Part shown: piece after piece, positions 1 through 10,030 of the stretch | Position numbering within the stretch: the first letter of the stretch is position 1 | Layout: the number at the start of each line of letters is the position of its first letter | Source of the DNA: Chrysochromulina tobinii | Lineage: Eukaryota | Length of the DNA stretch: 35,376 nucleotides | Assembly (NCBI GenBank): GCA_001275005.1 | Contig: JWZX01002856.1 | Span: 1 to 35,376, forward strand | Reading direction: 5' to 3' | Notes under the pieces: generated by a model | Databases searched by the model: none | What the model saw: the letters and a program-made list of their open reading frames with translations, nothing else | Told to the model about the DNA's origin: nothing | Program-made: the position numbers and the translations under genes

Positions 1-98
1 AGCCCGGCAGCAACGCTCCGTGCCCGCCCCTTAGACAAAAAAAGGGACGCTAGAACTCGGGAAACCTGGGACGAATTTTCACAAGGTGTCGACGGAGC

Positions 99-123
99 CT
101 CGACAGCTCGACAGCTCGACAGC
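99..123. repeat. Three tandem copies of the 8-mer CTCGACAG
   Basis: ctcgacag at 99-106, 107-114 and 115-122, preceded by a degenerate gtcgacgg. The same 8-mer forms the last 8 bases of the window. Confidence 0.85.
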
Positions 124-150
124 CAGGGCTCAACGCGCTGCGCGAAGATC

Positions 151-210
151 GTATAATGTATATCATTAATCATAAATATTAATCATTAATCATTAATATA
201 AACATAACCA
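151..210. repeat. AT-rich island with degenerate (ATCATTA)n repeats
   Basis: gtataatgtatatcattaatcataaatattaatcattaatcattaatataaacataa is almost all A/T in an otherwise GC-rich window. Confidence 0.8.
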
Positions 211-313
211 AGACAACCTTGCGCAACTTTCTGCGCACTTCCTACCGTAGCGTTGAGTCGGTGACGGGTGGCGAAGTGCCGTGCTCCCGACTTTCCGGAC
301 GTGGCACAAAAGA

Positions 314-1663
314 CTAACTCGGTTTTCCCTTTCCACGCTTCTTGTTTTTCTTTGCTCCCTTCTTTTGGTGCTGTGTCGCTTTTGCAAGCTCCTCCGCGAG
401 CATTTGCATGCCTTCGTCGCGCATGGTGACCTCGGGCGCAGAGGCGAGCACCGCAGCAAGGCCGCGCAGACGGCCTGTCGATAGCATCAACTCGCCGGCA
501 TTAAACCGTGCGTTGATGTCGTACTTGTCCACCGCGAGCGCGCGACGGTAGCACCGCAAGGCATCGCGAGGTCGGCTAAGCTCGAGAAGGGCGACGCCCA
601 TGTTGCCCAGCAGCAGTGCATCGGTGGGGCACAGGGCAGTGGCTCGCTCATAGCAACGCAGTGCCTCAGCCACGTCGCCGAGCTCATGGGCACGTGCACC
701 AAGGTCGTACCACACCTCGTGGTCGCTCTCGCCGCTCACCGCGAGAGCGTGATGGAGGCATTGCAGCTCCTCGTCCTCGACATCATCGATGCCCTCGTCA
801 GCCTCGTCAGCCTCATCAACCTCGCCCTGCCCATCCTCCACCTCCTCCGCCGCGCCATCGCCCATTTCTGCATCCGCCTCCTCCAAGCCCTGACACTCTG
901 CGAACGCCTCCTGGGCACGCGCACGGAAGCGTCGTACATGCTCACCATAGGGCATCGCGACCGAGTTGAGGAAGAGCACGAGCACCCAGCGCTCGCCCGA
1001 TGTGATGCGATGACCCGAGTGCCGCACGGACGATGGGTGCAGGAGCGCCTGACCCTGCTCGAGCACGAGTGCGCGCCCAAGCTGCTCGATGTAGGTACCG
1101 CCGCCCGCGTACTCGGCGCGCTCGCTCAGCGGGACCACGCACGAGATGAGCGCGCCGTCGCGGTGCACGGGCTGATGGGTGAGGCCCGCGGACGCGTCGT
1201 ACTTGATCACCAAGCCACGGTACACCCAGAGCTGGGTGGGGTCGCTCACCGCGCTGGGGAAGCACGTGGCTGCGAGGCTCGTGATGCGGGCCAACGCACC
1301 CTCGTTGAGCCACCTAAGCGTTCTCGGCATCTCGTGCACGGCACAGTCCTTATTGGTGTCCGTCATCGTGAACGTGGAGCCTCGCCCCTCTGCGATCAAA
1401 GTGGCCGCCTCCTCCTTGATGGCGCAGCACTCGGCGGCCGAAAACAATGGCTCACTGGCGACGACGAGCTCATCAGTGTCAAACGGGCAGTGCACTCCCA
1501 TGCCGAGCGTGGATCGCTCCACGCAATAGCTCGTCCAGGAGGTCGGAGGAAACCGCATGCTCGGCCTGTCGAAGCCAAGCTCTGTGCTGGCCGCGAATTC
1601 GGCCATGTGGTCCATGAGGTTTGCGCGCAGCCCGTGGGCAAAATCGACGACGTGTGACATCAT
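314..1663 (-). CDS. 2OG-Fe(II) oxygenase (prolyl/lysyl-hydroxylase-like) with C-terminal TPR repeats
   Basis: Motifs IKY...HRD (HxD), YAGGGT, RHSGHRITSGERWVLVLF (distal His and 2OG-binding Arg). An acidic linker follows, then TPR-like helices (WYDLG...EALRCYERA, GNMGVAL...DALRCYRRAL, ARFNAG) and a Lys-rich tail. Confidence 0.85.
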   Translation of the reverse strand: MMSHVVDFAHGLRANLMDHMAEFAASTELGFDRPSMRFPPTSWTSYCVERSTLGMGVHCPFDTDELVVASEPLFSAAECCAIKEEAATLIAEGRGSTFTMTDTNKDCAVHEMPRTLRWLNEGALARITSLAATCFPSAVSDPTQLWVYRGLVIKYDASAGLTHQPVHRDGALISCVVPLSERAEYAGGGTYIEQLGRALVLEQGQALLHPSSVRHSGHRITSGERWVLVLFLNSVAMPYGEHVRRFRARAQEAFAECQGLEEADAEMGDGAAEEVEDGQGEVDEADEADEGIDDVEDEELQCLHHALAVSGESDHEVWYDLGARAHELGDVAEALRCYERATALCPTDALLLGNMGVALLELSRPRDALRCYRRALAVDKYDINARFNAGELMLSTGRLRGLAAVLASAPEVTMRDEGMQMLAEELAKATQHQKKGAKKNKKRGKGKPS

Positions 1664-1827
1664 CGTTATGAGCGGAGTGCCTGCGTAGATACTGATGACG
1701 TCGGCTGCGGCTCAGATGCTGCTTGCGTCCGTCGCTTGACCAAGCTTTTTAGGGTGCGAGTCTCCGACGCGCCGTCTTGGTATGAAAACAACGCTCTTCT
1801 TAGGTCGCAGCTGCAAGCCGGATCGTT

Positions 1828-3543
1828 TCACACCCGCAATCCTTCAGCCACAAATTGTTCCGCGCACCGAAGGCGTGCACGACGCACCTCGTCTCGCAGG
1901 GAGGTGCGACCTCCATCGCAAGGCAGCCGCCGCGCGTGTGCATGCCCCGCTGGTGCGTGCCGATGCGTCGGATCCGCCTCAGGTTCCGCATCCACTACGG
2001 CCTGCTCGTGGTGCAGCAGCAGCAGCATCAAGAGGCTCGAAGGCACTTGTGCGTCCCAGTCGCGCACCATTGTGTAGGCCACTTGCGAGGCGTCGACACA
2101 CCCTTCGCACAGCTCCTCCGCCTCGGTGTACGCGCACAGCACGCCACGCGCCGCCACGTCCTCGAGCGCGAGGCCCTGGCACCCGAGACCCGCGTATAGC
2201 TCCTTGCCTCGGGCGGGATCACGTCGGGCGAGCCGCTCGAGATGCAGCACCGCCGACCGCAAGTCGGACTGCAACGCCGCACGCACGTCAACTCGCGGAA
2301 GCGCCGCCGTGGTCGAGGCGAGGCGAGGCTGTGCAGGCAAGTGACGGTGCTGAGCACAGGCTGCACAGCAAGGCTCGCCGTGCTCGTCCCACGCAGCACC
2401 GTGAGAGAGCTTGATGTAGTGGCTGCATGTGGCGCACCGAAGGCCCTCCTCGGTGCGCTCCGTGCAAGTGGGCACAGGGACGAAGTCTGCCAACGCGGCG
2501 CACGTGTACTCAACGGGGTCGAGGAGCCCGCTCGCCGCCAGCCGCCACGCCCAAGGGCGCGGCCCAGCGCTCATACCGCTGCTCGTGTCGGGGCTAGCCC
2601 GCATCGCTTCATTCACAGCGTGTATCTTATGTGTATTCATAGCCCGCATCGCTTCGGCAAGTCCACCCTTCGCAGGGCTCCCGACGGTGGGCTGTGCCGC
2701 CGCGCCACGCGCGTCCGCTGCAACGATGTCGTCCGTAGGCATCGCCGCATCAGCGTCTGACTCGACCACCGCAGCGTCCAGCGCGTCGTCTTGATCGTTG
2801 AGTTGCGCGGCGAGCTGTGCACACGCTTGGCGGTGTGATGCTCGCGCTTCGTAGAACACGTCGATCAAATCCTCGCCGCAGACCTCGCATCGGTCTGGTT
2901 GCGGCGAACCGGGAAGCGAGAGCAGCTTCCTGGACAGTTCCTGGACAGTTCCGGGAAGAGCGTGCACCTCAGCAGCGGGTAGCGGTGGCCGCCACGATGG
3001 CGGCGGCGACGAAGTCATCTGCTGATGCTGCTGCCCGTCCTCATGCTCATGCTCGTGCTCGCTCACGTGCTGGTGCTGATGCTGGCGCTCCTGGTACTGC
3101 TCGTGGTGTTGGTGTTGTTGCTCGTGGTGCTGCTGCTCGAGGTGCTGCTGCTCCTCCTGATGCACCTGCTGATGCTCCTCTGGCTGCAACTGCCTCTGCT
3201 CCTGCCGTGCCATGTTGTCCAGCTCCAGCGCCGGCGAAGACGGATCGGGCGCTGGCATTTGTATGGGCAAGGGTTGCAGAAAAGGAGCTGTAACCAACCC
3301 TGGTGACGTTGGTTCAGCGTGCAGTGGTGCAGGAGGCGGCAGCGGGTCCGCGAGCTGTGGAACCGGAGGAGATGGATGCGGTGCAGCTAGCAGAGTAGGT
3401 GGTTGTGGAGGCGGAGCAGGAAACGGCTGCGGAAGAGGCGTGGCCGCTGGCACAGTGCTGGGGAGAATAGCAGATGGGGCAGCAGGTGGGGCAGCCGGTG
3501 CGACCGCTGGTCGCTTGAGGGAAAGGCGTCCGCCGGTGGGCAT
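1828..3543 (-). CDS. Hypothetical protein with Pro-rich and Gln/His-rich regions, a UBZ-like C2HC zinc finger and a second Cys cluster
   Basis: Long ORF (track 1828-3732); the likely start is the ATG at 3543 (MPTGGRLSLKR). Motifs CEVCGEDL...RASHRQAC and CATC...CCAAC. Confidence 0.65.
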   Translation of the reverse strand: MPTGGRLSLKRPAVAPAAPPAAPSAILPSTVPAATPLPQPFPAPPPQPPTLLAAPHPSPPVPQLADPLPPPAPLHAEPTSPGLVTAPFLQPLPIQMPAPDPSSPALELDNMARQEQRQLQPEEHQQVHQEEQQHLEQQHHEQQHQHHEQYQERQHQHQHVSEHEHEHEDGQQHQQMTSSPPPSWRPPLPAAEVHALPGTVQELSRKLLSLPGSPQPDRCEVCGEDLIDVFYEARASHRQACAQLAAQLNDQDDALDAAVVESDADAAMPTDDIVAADARGAAAQPTVGSPAKGGLAEAMRAMNTHKIHAVNEAMRASPDTSSGMSAGPRPWAWRLAASGLLDPVEYTCAALADFVPVPTCTERTEEGLRCATCSHYIKLSHGAAWDEHGEPCCAACAQHRHLPAQPRLASTTAALPRVDVRAALQSDLRSAVLHLERLARRDPARGKELYAGLGCQGLALEDVAARGVLCAYTEAEELCEGCVDASQVAYTMVRDWDAQVPSSLLMLLLLHHEQAVVDAEPEADPTHRHAPAGHAHARRLPCDGGRTSLRDEVRRARLRCAEQFVAEGLRV

Positions 3544-3907
3544 CCTCGAGTGCACCAAGACCACAACGAGGCGAAACCGGGGAAGCTGGGAACCAAGGCG
3601 TCCCAGGGCTCCTACAATAGTACACACGTCGGTGGATGGTGGCGGGAGCAAATAGCTCCTGCGCGATGACGATCCGTGTTTGGGTCCGTGAAGGAACGTG
3701 TGAACAAAAAACTCGAGAAATGGCGTATACATAACAGTACTACTACGAGCAGATGGTTTTCGCGCAGCCGGGTCCTCAATGTCCTCAATGGGCGCTCTCG
3801 CCGGGCCACGCCTGCCCCTTCATTCTTCATCGAGCATGTGTCTTCTGCCCGCACGCGCGTACATACCCGCGAGGCTCGAGAGACAGCCGAGCCGCCCAGC
3901 CCCAAGC

Positions 3908-4870
3908 TCAGACGATGTACTCGCCGGGTCCAGGCCCATCGTTGTTCATGGCGGCCGCCTCCGATCCCGGACCGTTGAATCGGTCCGCGCGCGTGAAGGC
4001 GACGACTGCAGCGGTCCGCCGGTCGGAGACAGCCTGTTTTCGGAGACCTCCCGCGTTCATGTAGATCGGGCCGGGCGAGGCGCGCCCCTCCAGTGGCAGA
4101 ACCATGCGGCCGCCCTTGCTGGGCGTGCCGAAGCCGATCTGCATCCCGGTGCGATACGGCGAGTTGACCTGCGTGCCCAACGCCGGATTAAAAGTGTAGG
4201 CGCCTGGGCCCGGCGTGCGCAGACCTCCCGGGTTCTTGCCGCGGATGTCGTTGCTGAATGAATATTTTGGCCGGTCCATGGCGCCGATCCTGGTGCCCTT
4301 GGGTTCGTACACAGGGCCGGGGCTACAGGAGGCGTTCGCCGGGTTGGCGCGCTGCTTCTGGTTGCCAAAGGAATATTTTGGCAACGAGTTGCATCGGGCG
4401 AGCGGCTGCGAGCCGATGGCGGCCGGCAGCGGGTAGCTTCCAGGGCCCGGAAGCATCGATTTCCCAGTGATCTTCGAGATATCAAGACCTGCCGCGCCAG
4501 TCGTCGGCCGCTGCTCCTCCGTCCCGAACTTGATCGTCGGCGCGTCGCCGAACCACTTGCTCGCCGGAGAGGGATTGTAGATCGGTCCGGGCGATACGGC
4601 GCCACCGGAGGACACGGAGGCCTGCAGCGTCTGGTCGCCGCGCGCGGCGGCGCCCGTGAAGGTCAGCCGTGACGGCGCTGAGCCAAAGCCAAATGCCGGA
4701 GCGGAGGACTTGTGAGAGTGCGTCTGCTTGCCGAACATAGAGCGGGTGCCGGACGCCGCATATTTTCCTTTGCCCCCATCGGCTCCACCGAAGCCACTCT
4801 TCGTCGCCGTCGAGGACGCCCCCGTGAGAGGGCGCGATTCAAGAGACTGAGCTGAGGTATTTGCTTGCAT
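3908..4870 (-). CDS. SHIPPO-repeat / ODF3-like axonemal protein
   Basis: Six PGP(G)xY-type repeats (SPGPIY, PGPGSY, SPGPVY, TPGPGAY, SPGPIY, PGPGEY), mostly followed by P-x-(F/Y)-(S/G)-F-G-type segments. The likely ATG is at 4870 (MQANTS). Confidence 0.85.
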   Translation of the reverse strand: MQANTSAQSLESRPLTGASSTATKSGFGGADGGKGKYAASGTRSMFGKQTHSHKSSAPAFGFGSAPSRLTFTGAAARGDQTLQASVSSGGAVSPGPIYNPSPASKWFGDAPTIKFGTEEQRPTTGAAGLDISKITGKSMLPGPGSYPLPAAIGSQPLARCNSLPKYSFGNQKQRANPANASCSPGPVYEPKGTRIGAMDRPKYSFSNDIRGKNPGGLRTPGPGAYTFNPALGTQVNSPYRTGMQIGFGTPSKGGRMVLPLEGRASPGPIYMNAGGLRKQAVSDRRTAAVVAFTRADRFNGPGSEAAAMNNDGPGPGEYIV

Positions 4871-5077
4871 ATGAACCCGAAAGCAAGGCCCAATTGCGGA
4901 ATTCATTAGCCAGACGAGTCGGGCCTCATCAATCGATGGCGATAGTTTGGCTGTGGGAGGCGGCCCCTCATCGACGGCACAAGTTTCATAGTATAAGTGG
5001 ATGTCCTACATCGCGAGACCGAGAGCGCGAAGTTGACCCGCCCTCTCCACTCGTCCTAGAGCGCTTGTGCAGTCACG

Positions 5078-8000
5078 ATGAGCCGAGACGTGCTAGCTGT
5101 GCGCCGCACACTACGGTGCCTAGAGACCGTAACGCCCGAGCACCGGCCGCTTGCTGTAGCGCTTCAATGGGCGATGTCAGCGCTCCGGGCGCACTGGGCA
5201 GCGCTGCACCGATTTGCAGATGGCAACCCGCGCGCAAAGCCTCAATTGGTTGTGAGCACGCCTTCGCCCAACGACGGCGGCGGTGCGCTGCTGGACTTCG
5301 TTGCCGACGAGCTCGTGCCTGACTGGCTCGCCACGCTGGTCAGCAAGGCGGCCTCAGGCAGCCGCGCCGTGATTGCCAACCACGCGACTCCGAGCCTGGC
5401 GAGCAGCGCGCCGTGCTCGGCGCTGTGCGTGCCGATCCTGGACCAGGACGGGCGCACTCCCATCGGCACACTTACCCTCTTGAGCAATGACGTCAAGCGT
5501 GCGTGGACGACCGACGAGCAGCAGCTCCTGCTCACAGCCGGTCCGCTGCTCGGCCTGCACCTCACGCAGCACCGGCTCGCCGACCAGGCGTTGCTGCTCG
5601 ACGGCGCGACGAAGGCGCCTGACGAGCACGGGCGCGGCCGCTCGCTCACAGATCAGGCGGCCAAGCTGGTGCACGAGATGCGCGGCGCGTTCGCTGAGAA
5701 GCTCAAGGCGCAGCGCGAGGAGCACCGCGTGCAGCTGCGGCAGCAGGCGGCTGAGCACGAGGAGGCGACGCGCCAGCTCCATGTGCAGGTCGAGAAGCTC
5801 GCCGAGCGCGTGGCTGTCGCGGAGTCCGATGCGGAGAGCACGCGCCGCGACGCCGCCGTCCGGATGCACAAGATGCTCGAGGGCCTCGAGCTACAGCACA
5901 TCGCCGAGCTCGACGCGCTGCGAGAGGACTATGCCGCTCGCGGCGGCGCGGCGACAGCGGCTGCCGCGGTGGGCGCGACGGTGCGCGCGGCGGCGGGCGC
6001 GGTGCCTACAGCGGCGACAGCCCCTCCGACCCCGCAGCCGCCGCGATCGAGCTGCGCCTCGCCACCGCGCCGCCCGGCGACGCCAGCGGCCGCGACACAG
6101 GCCCCGAAGACGCCCTCGAAGCGCGCCGTGCCGCTGGTCGATCCCCTCGGCGGCAAGCTCGTACGCTCGGGGCGGCCCGTGCCCTCTTCGGCGTCGACGG
6201 TCACCTCAGAGCCGAAGACGGTGCGCCCCCTGCTCGACCTGCCCAAGGACTCGAAGGCGCTGTCGCCGCCTCCGCCGCCCAATTGGGAGACGACCGTGCT
6301 CAGCGATGGGCAGGCAATGCTCTATACGGCTCTCTTTCCTGCGGAGCACACAGGCGCCGATGGCGAGGAGGAAGGGTACGCCTTCTACGTCGAAAGCACA
6401 GGATTCCACGAGGTGGAGCTCGACATTGACTTCAACGGCTCGACCAACCTGCGCCTGGAGCGCGTCGCCGGCAGCGACGATGGCAGCTTCGGCCCGCTCA
6501 CCGCCCGCGTCAAGGTACCCCCGTTTGAGCGCAAGCCGCTCGCCCGGCTCGTGTTCAACGGCGGCGGCGACGACGTGTCGATGACGTACGACCTCTCGTG
6601 GAGAATCAAGGAGCCCGACCCCAAAGCCGTCGCTGAACGCGCGCGCGACGACCGCGAGGCGATCGAGACGGCGCTCGACGCGGTCAAGCGCGAGTGGATG
6701 ACGATCAAGATCAACTCCCGGCGCGAACGTTCGGCCCTCCCCTCGGTCGATACGATGCGCAGACTCATCGCCCAGTCGCACAATGGCTCGTTCCTCGACG
6801 TGGAATTCCCGCCACTCGTCGAATCGATAGATGGCGTCGCCTCGCCCTTGCCCTCGACGGCGCTCATGTACTCGTGGCGACGACCCACCGACTTCCTCGC
6901 CATCGAGCAGCCGCCTCGCGTCTTCGTCGACGGGCTGCTGCCCTCGGACGTGCAACAGGGCGCTCTCGGCAACTGCTGGTTCATGTGCTCGGTCGCCGCG
7001 GTCGCCGAGTTCCCGGCGCTCGTGCGATCGCTCTTCCTCGAGGCGTGGGCCGAGGGAGCGCCGGGCGGCCCGTCGCACGATGCGGACGGCGTGTACGATC
7101 TGATGTTCAACAAGCACGGCCAGTGGGTGCACGTGCGCGTGGATGACTATTTCCCGTGCCGTCCGTCGGGCGGGCCCGCCTTCAGCCAGGCCAATGGACC
7201 CGAGCTCTGGGTGCTGCTGCTCGAGAAGGCGTACGCCAAGCTGCATGGCTCGTACTTCTCGCTGCGCAGCGGCTTCGGGTATGAGGCGCTCATGGACCTG
7301 ACGGGCGCGCCCACGATCTACCGACGTTTCGACGAGGACGACGTTAGCTTTGCCGACATTCAAAGGTACGATCGGCTCCAGTGCCTGATCACGTGCTCGA
7401 CGCCAGGGCAGGACACGATCAGCGAGGGCGGCGACGGCCGCCTCGCCGCGGCGGGCTCGGGGCTCGTGCCAGGGCATGCGTACACGCTCATCGGGACGGC
7501 AGTGCTCCCCGAAGGCACACGATATGCGGGCGCGCGGCTACTCAAGCTGAGAAATCCTTGGGGAAGCTTTGAGTGGGGCGGGCGCTTCTCGGATAATAGC
7601 GTCGAGATGAGCGATCCGGATGTGCGCCGGGCGCTCTATGACGATGCGAGCACTGACGAGATCGAGGAGCCCGCTGCTGACGATGGCACCTTCTTCATGA
7701 TGTTTGACGACTTCAAGCAGCACTTCACTTCCATCGCGGTGTGCATCGCGCACGTCCCACCCCAGGAGGGGCTGCTTGGTCCCAGCGGCGGCGGCGAGGC
7801 GGCGCAAAGGCTGCGCCCGCACCAGCTGGCCATGTGGCCCGACGTGGCCGCCGCCCTTGGCCGGGGCGCAGTGCGCGCCAAGACGGCGGGCTCGGTCGAG
7901 CGACGCAAGACGTGCTTCACGCTCGGTGGCTCCAAGGCGCACGCCGTCGACGAGCTGGCCCACGGCGTCGCACCGGCGAAGGCGTACCGTGCTCGCGACT

Positions 8001-10030
8001 GGTTCACGCTGCGCGTCGAGGCGCCCACAGGCGCCAACCCGAGCGCGCGCGTCTGTTGCATGATCGGGCTACATCAGGTGGACGAGAGGTGCGAGGGCGC
8101 ACCCAAGCTGCTCGATGTGGGCCTGGCGGTGCTCGAGGAGTTCGAAGGCGAGCTCATCGAGCACCCCGTCGAAGCGCCCGACGACAACGGCGTCAAGCGC
8201 CCGTGTTCGCTGGGTTCGGCGGTGCAGCGCGATGTGCTGCTTATTGCGCACCTGACTCCGGGCGAGTACATCATCGTGCCCACCTCCTCGGGCGCCCCGC
8301 CCGTGTACGCCGCCGATGTGCCGGCCACAGAGGTGCAAGGTCGGAGCGCCGTGGTGGATGCGACGCCCGAGCTGTACACGCCGGTTCGGCGTGCGCTAGA
8401 GCACACCGCCTTCGCTCTCGACGCGGACATGGATGGCTTGGTTGGCTCGAGTGACTGGCGGCAGCCGTGGGCGCGCGAGTTTGCCGAGGCGGCATGCATT
8501 GACGTGTACGGCTACGGAGCGGCCGCGGCCGCCAACGCCGACGACGCCGCCGATGGTGGCATGATTGATCTCGCTGAGCACGGCGGCGCTCTGAGCGCAG
8601 CCGACCTGTCACGCGTGCTCGGCCAACAGTGGGGCGGCCGGCATGGTGCGCGCCAGCGCCTCGGTCGGCTGCTGCGCGCGGCGGGCTACAATGCGGCGCT
8701 GCAGCCAGTGGCCGCCGACCACGCGTGCGTCGTCTCGGTGCACTCGACCGGACAGGTGAGGCTCGAGCCGCGGCCCGTGGACGAGGCGCAGCACGAGCGC
8801 GTCATGTGTGCGATCATCCGCGCGGGCGGCAAGAAGTTTGTGGTGGGCAAGGTGGAGGTGTGGCAGCTGCAAACGCAGGGCGCCGTCTCGTACGCAGCCG
8901 TCAACACCGACCCGCAGCGAGCGGCCGAGCTGACCATTGACTGCTCCAATTCGACCAACATGCGCTCCGATCACACGATGCTCTCGTCGACGGTCAAGCT
9001 GCCGCCCGACCGCACGGCCCGCCAGGCGCGCCTCGTGCTCGTCCTTGTGCCAAAGGACCGGTGCGAGCCGTGGACCTTCACGGCTAAGATGAGCGCGTAC
9101 GTGCCCAAGCAGCGCCCCACGGCCGTCGACATGGCCGCCCCACCTCCGGCGGCGGCACGCCCCGCACCCTCTGCGGCGGCCAAGCCCGTGGCCGTCGCGG
9201 CCGCAAAGCCCATGGCCACTGTGAGCCCGGCGCAGGCGCCGACAGCTGCGGCCGCTGTGCCCGATGCTGCAAAGGCCCCACCAAGCACACCGGTGGCAAG
9301 CGCCATCGCTCGGCCGCTGCCTCAAGGGGAGAGCGCGGCGGCGGCGGTAGCCGCAGCGGGGCGTGCCATCGCGGTGGCGCGCCCCGCTACCGCAGCGGCG
9401 GGGGCAACTGAGCCCGTGCCCGTGGCGGCTGCAAAGCCGATGGTCAATGCGAAGCCAGCGCTGGCGCCAGCGCAACCATTGTCACGGCCGGTCGCTCTTG
9501 CCATCCAGCCTAGCGAGGGTCGCGCGCTCAATGCGTCCGTGGGCGCGTCGCCGCTGCGGTCGCTCAGCCCGTGCAGCCTCTCCTCGTCGGCGCGGCTCGA
9601 TGAAAGCATGGATGATCCCACGTCGAAGTCGCTGCCGTGGGGCGCGCTCGGCGGGGGCGCGCTTGGCGGGGGCGCGCTCGGCGGGGTTGCGCTTGGCGGG
9701 GGCGCGCTCGGCGGCGCAGGAAGGGCGCCGGCGTTGGCCTCGCCGCTCAACGGCCCCCAGGAAGGCGCCGGGGGTAGGCCGGGGGTGGCCTCGCCGCTCA
9801 CTGCCCCCCGTGCCGTTGCTGCGGCAAGGCCAGCACCCCTAGCTGCTTCCGCGGCCACTTCCGCGGTGTCTCGGCCGATTGCGGCCGCCCGCCCAGTCAC
9901 GGGGCCTGGTGAGGGGCGGCCTGTTGCGAGGGCGGTCGCCGTGCCCGTGGTCGGTGGAAGCTGCGGTGGAGCTGTGCCAGTAGCGAGGGCGCAGGCGGTG
10001 GCGAGGTCGCAGTCCAGTGGCGAATCGTGA
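5078..10030 (+). CDS. Calpain-family cysteine protease (CysPc) with N-terminal GAF-like domain, coiled coil and Ala/Pro-rich tail
   Basis: Catalytic motifs QGALGNCWF (Cys), GHAY (His), LRNPWG (Asn), plus FLDVEFPP, VDDYFP and ELWVLLLEKAYAKLHGSY. N-terminal SALCVPILDQDGRTPIGTLTLL...WTTDEQQLL resembles GAF. Confidence 0.92.
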   Translation: MSRDVLAVRRTLRCLETVTPEHRPLAVALQWAMSALRAHWAALHRFADGNPRAKPQLVVSTPSPNDGGGALLDFVADELVPDWLATLVSKAASGSRAVIANHATPSLASSAPCSALCVPILDQDGRTPIGTLTLLSNDVKRAWTTDEQQLLLTAGPLLGLHLTQHRLADQALLLDGATKAPDEHGRGRSLTDQAAKLVHEMRGAFAEKLKAQREEHRVQLRQQAAEHEEATRQLHVQVEKLAERVAVAESDAESTRRDAAVRMHKMLEGLELQHIAELDALREDYAARGGAATAAAAVGATVRAAAGAVPTAATAPPTPQPPRSSCASPPRRPATPAAATQAPKTPSKRAVPLVDPLGGKLVRSGRPVPSSASTVTSEPKTVRPLLDLPKDSKALSPPPPPNWETTVLSDGQAMLYTALFPAEHTGADGEEEGYAFYVESTGFHEVELDIDFNGSTNLRLERVAGSDDGSFGPLTARVKVPPFERKPLARLVFNGGGDDVSMTYDLSWRIKEPDPKAVAERARDDREAIETALDAVKREWMTIKINSRRERSALPSVDTMRRLIAQSHNGSFLDVEFPPLVESIDGVASPLPSTALMYSWRRPTDFLAIEQPPRVFVDGLLPSDVQQGALGNCWFMCSVAAVAEFPALVRSLFLEAWAEGAPGGPSHDADGVYDLMFNKHGQWVHVRVDDYFPCRPSGGPAFSQANGPELWVLLLEKAYAKLHGSYFSLRSGFGYEALMDLTGAPTIYRRFDEDDVSFADIQRYDRLQCLITCSTPGQDTISEGGDGRLAAAGSGLVPGHAYTLIGTAVLPEGTRYAGARLLKLRNPWGSFEWGGRFSDNSVEMSDPDVRRALYDDASTDEIEEPAADDGTFFMMFDDFKQHFTSIAVCIAHVPPQEGLLGPSGGGEAAQRLRPHQLAMWPDVAAALGRGAVRAKTAGSVERRKTCFTLGGSKAHAVDELAHGVAPAKAYRARDWFTLRVEAPTGANPSARVCCMIGLHQVDERCEGAPKLLDVGLAVLEEFEGELIEHPVEAPDDNGVKRPCSLGSAVQRDVLLIAHLTPGEYIIVPTSSGAPPVYAADVPATEVQGRSAVVDATPELYTPVRRALEHTAFALDADMDGLVGSSDWRQPWAREFAEAACIDVYGYGAAAAANADDAADGGMIDLAEHGGALSAADLSRVLGQQWGGRHGARQRLGRLLRAAGYNAALQPVAADHACVVSVHSTGQVRLEPRPVDEAQHERVMCAIIRAGGKKFVVGKVEVWQLQTQGAVSYAAVNTDPQRAAELTIDCSNSTNMRSDHTMLSSTVKLPPDRTARQARLVLVLVPKDRCEPWTFTAKMSAYVPKQRPTAVDMAAPPPAAARPAPSAAAKPVAVAAAKPMATVSPAQAPTAAAAVPDAAKAPPSTPVASAIARPLPQGESAAAAVAAAGRAIAVARPATAAAGATEPVPVAAAKPMVNAKPALAPAQPLSRPVALAIQPSEGRALNASVGASPLRSLSPCSLSSSARLDESMDDPTSKSLPWGALGGGALGGGALGGVALGGGALGGAGRAPALASPLNGPQEGAGGRPGVASPLTAPRAVAAARPAPLAASAATSAVSRPIAAARPVTGPGEGRPVARAVAVPVVGGSCGGAVPVARAQAVARSQSSGES
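9641..9716 (+). repeat. 15-bp coding tandem repeat (GGGAL-type units) in the calpain tail
   Basis: ggcgcgct(c/t)ggcggg units encode GALGGGALGGGALGGVALGGGALGGA. Confidence 0.8.

Noticed and set aside
99..210. CRISPR array or telomere
   Set aside because: There are no unique spacers, the units are too short, and they do not match TTAGGG-type repeats.
1666..1830. Readthrough of the TGA at 1828-1830 into the oxygenase gene
   Set aside because: That frame ends at a TAA near 1666 and is out of frame with the ATG at 1663.
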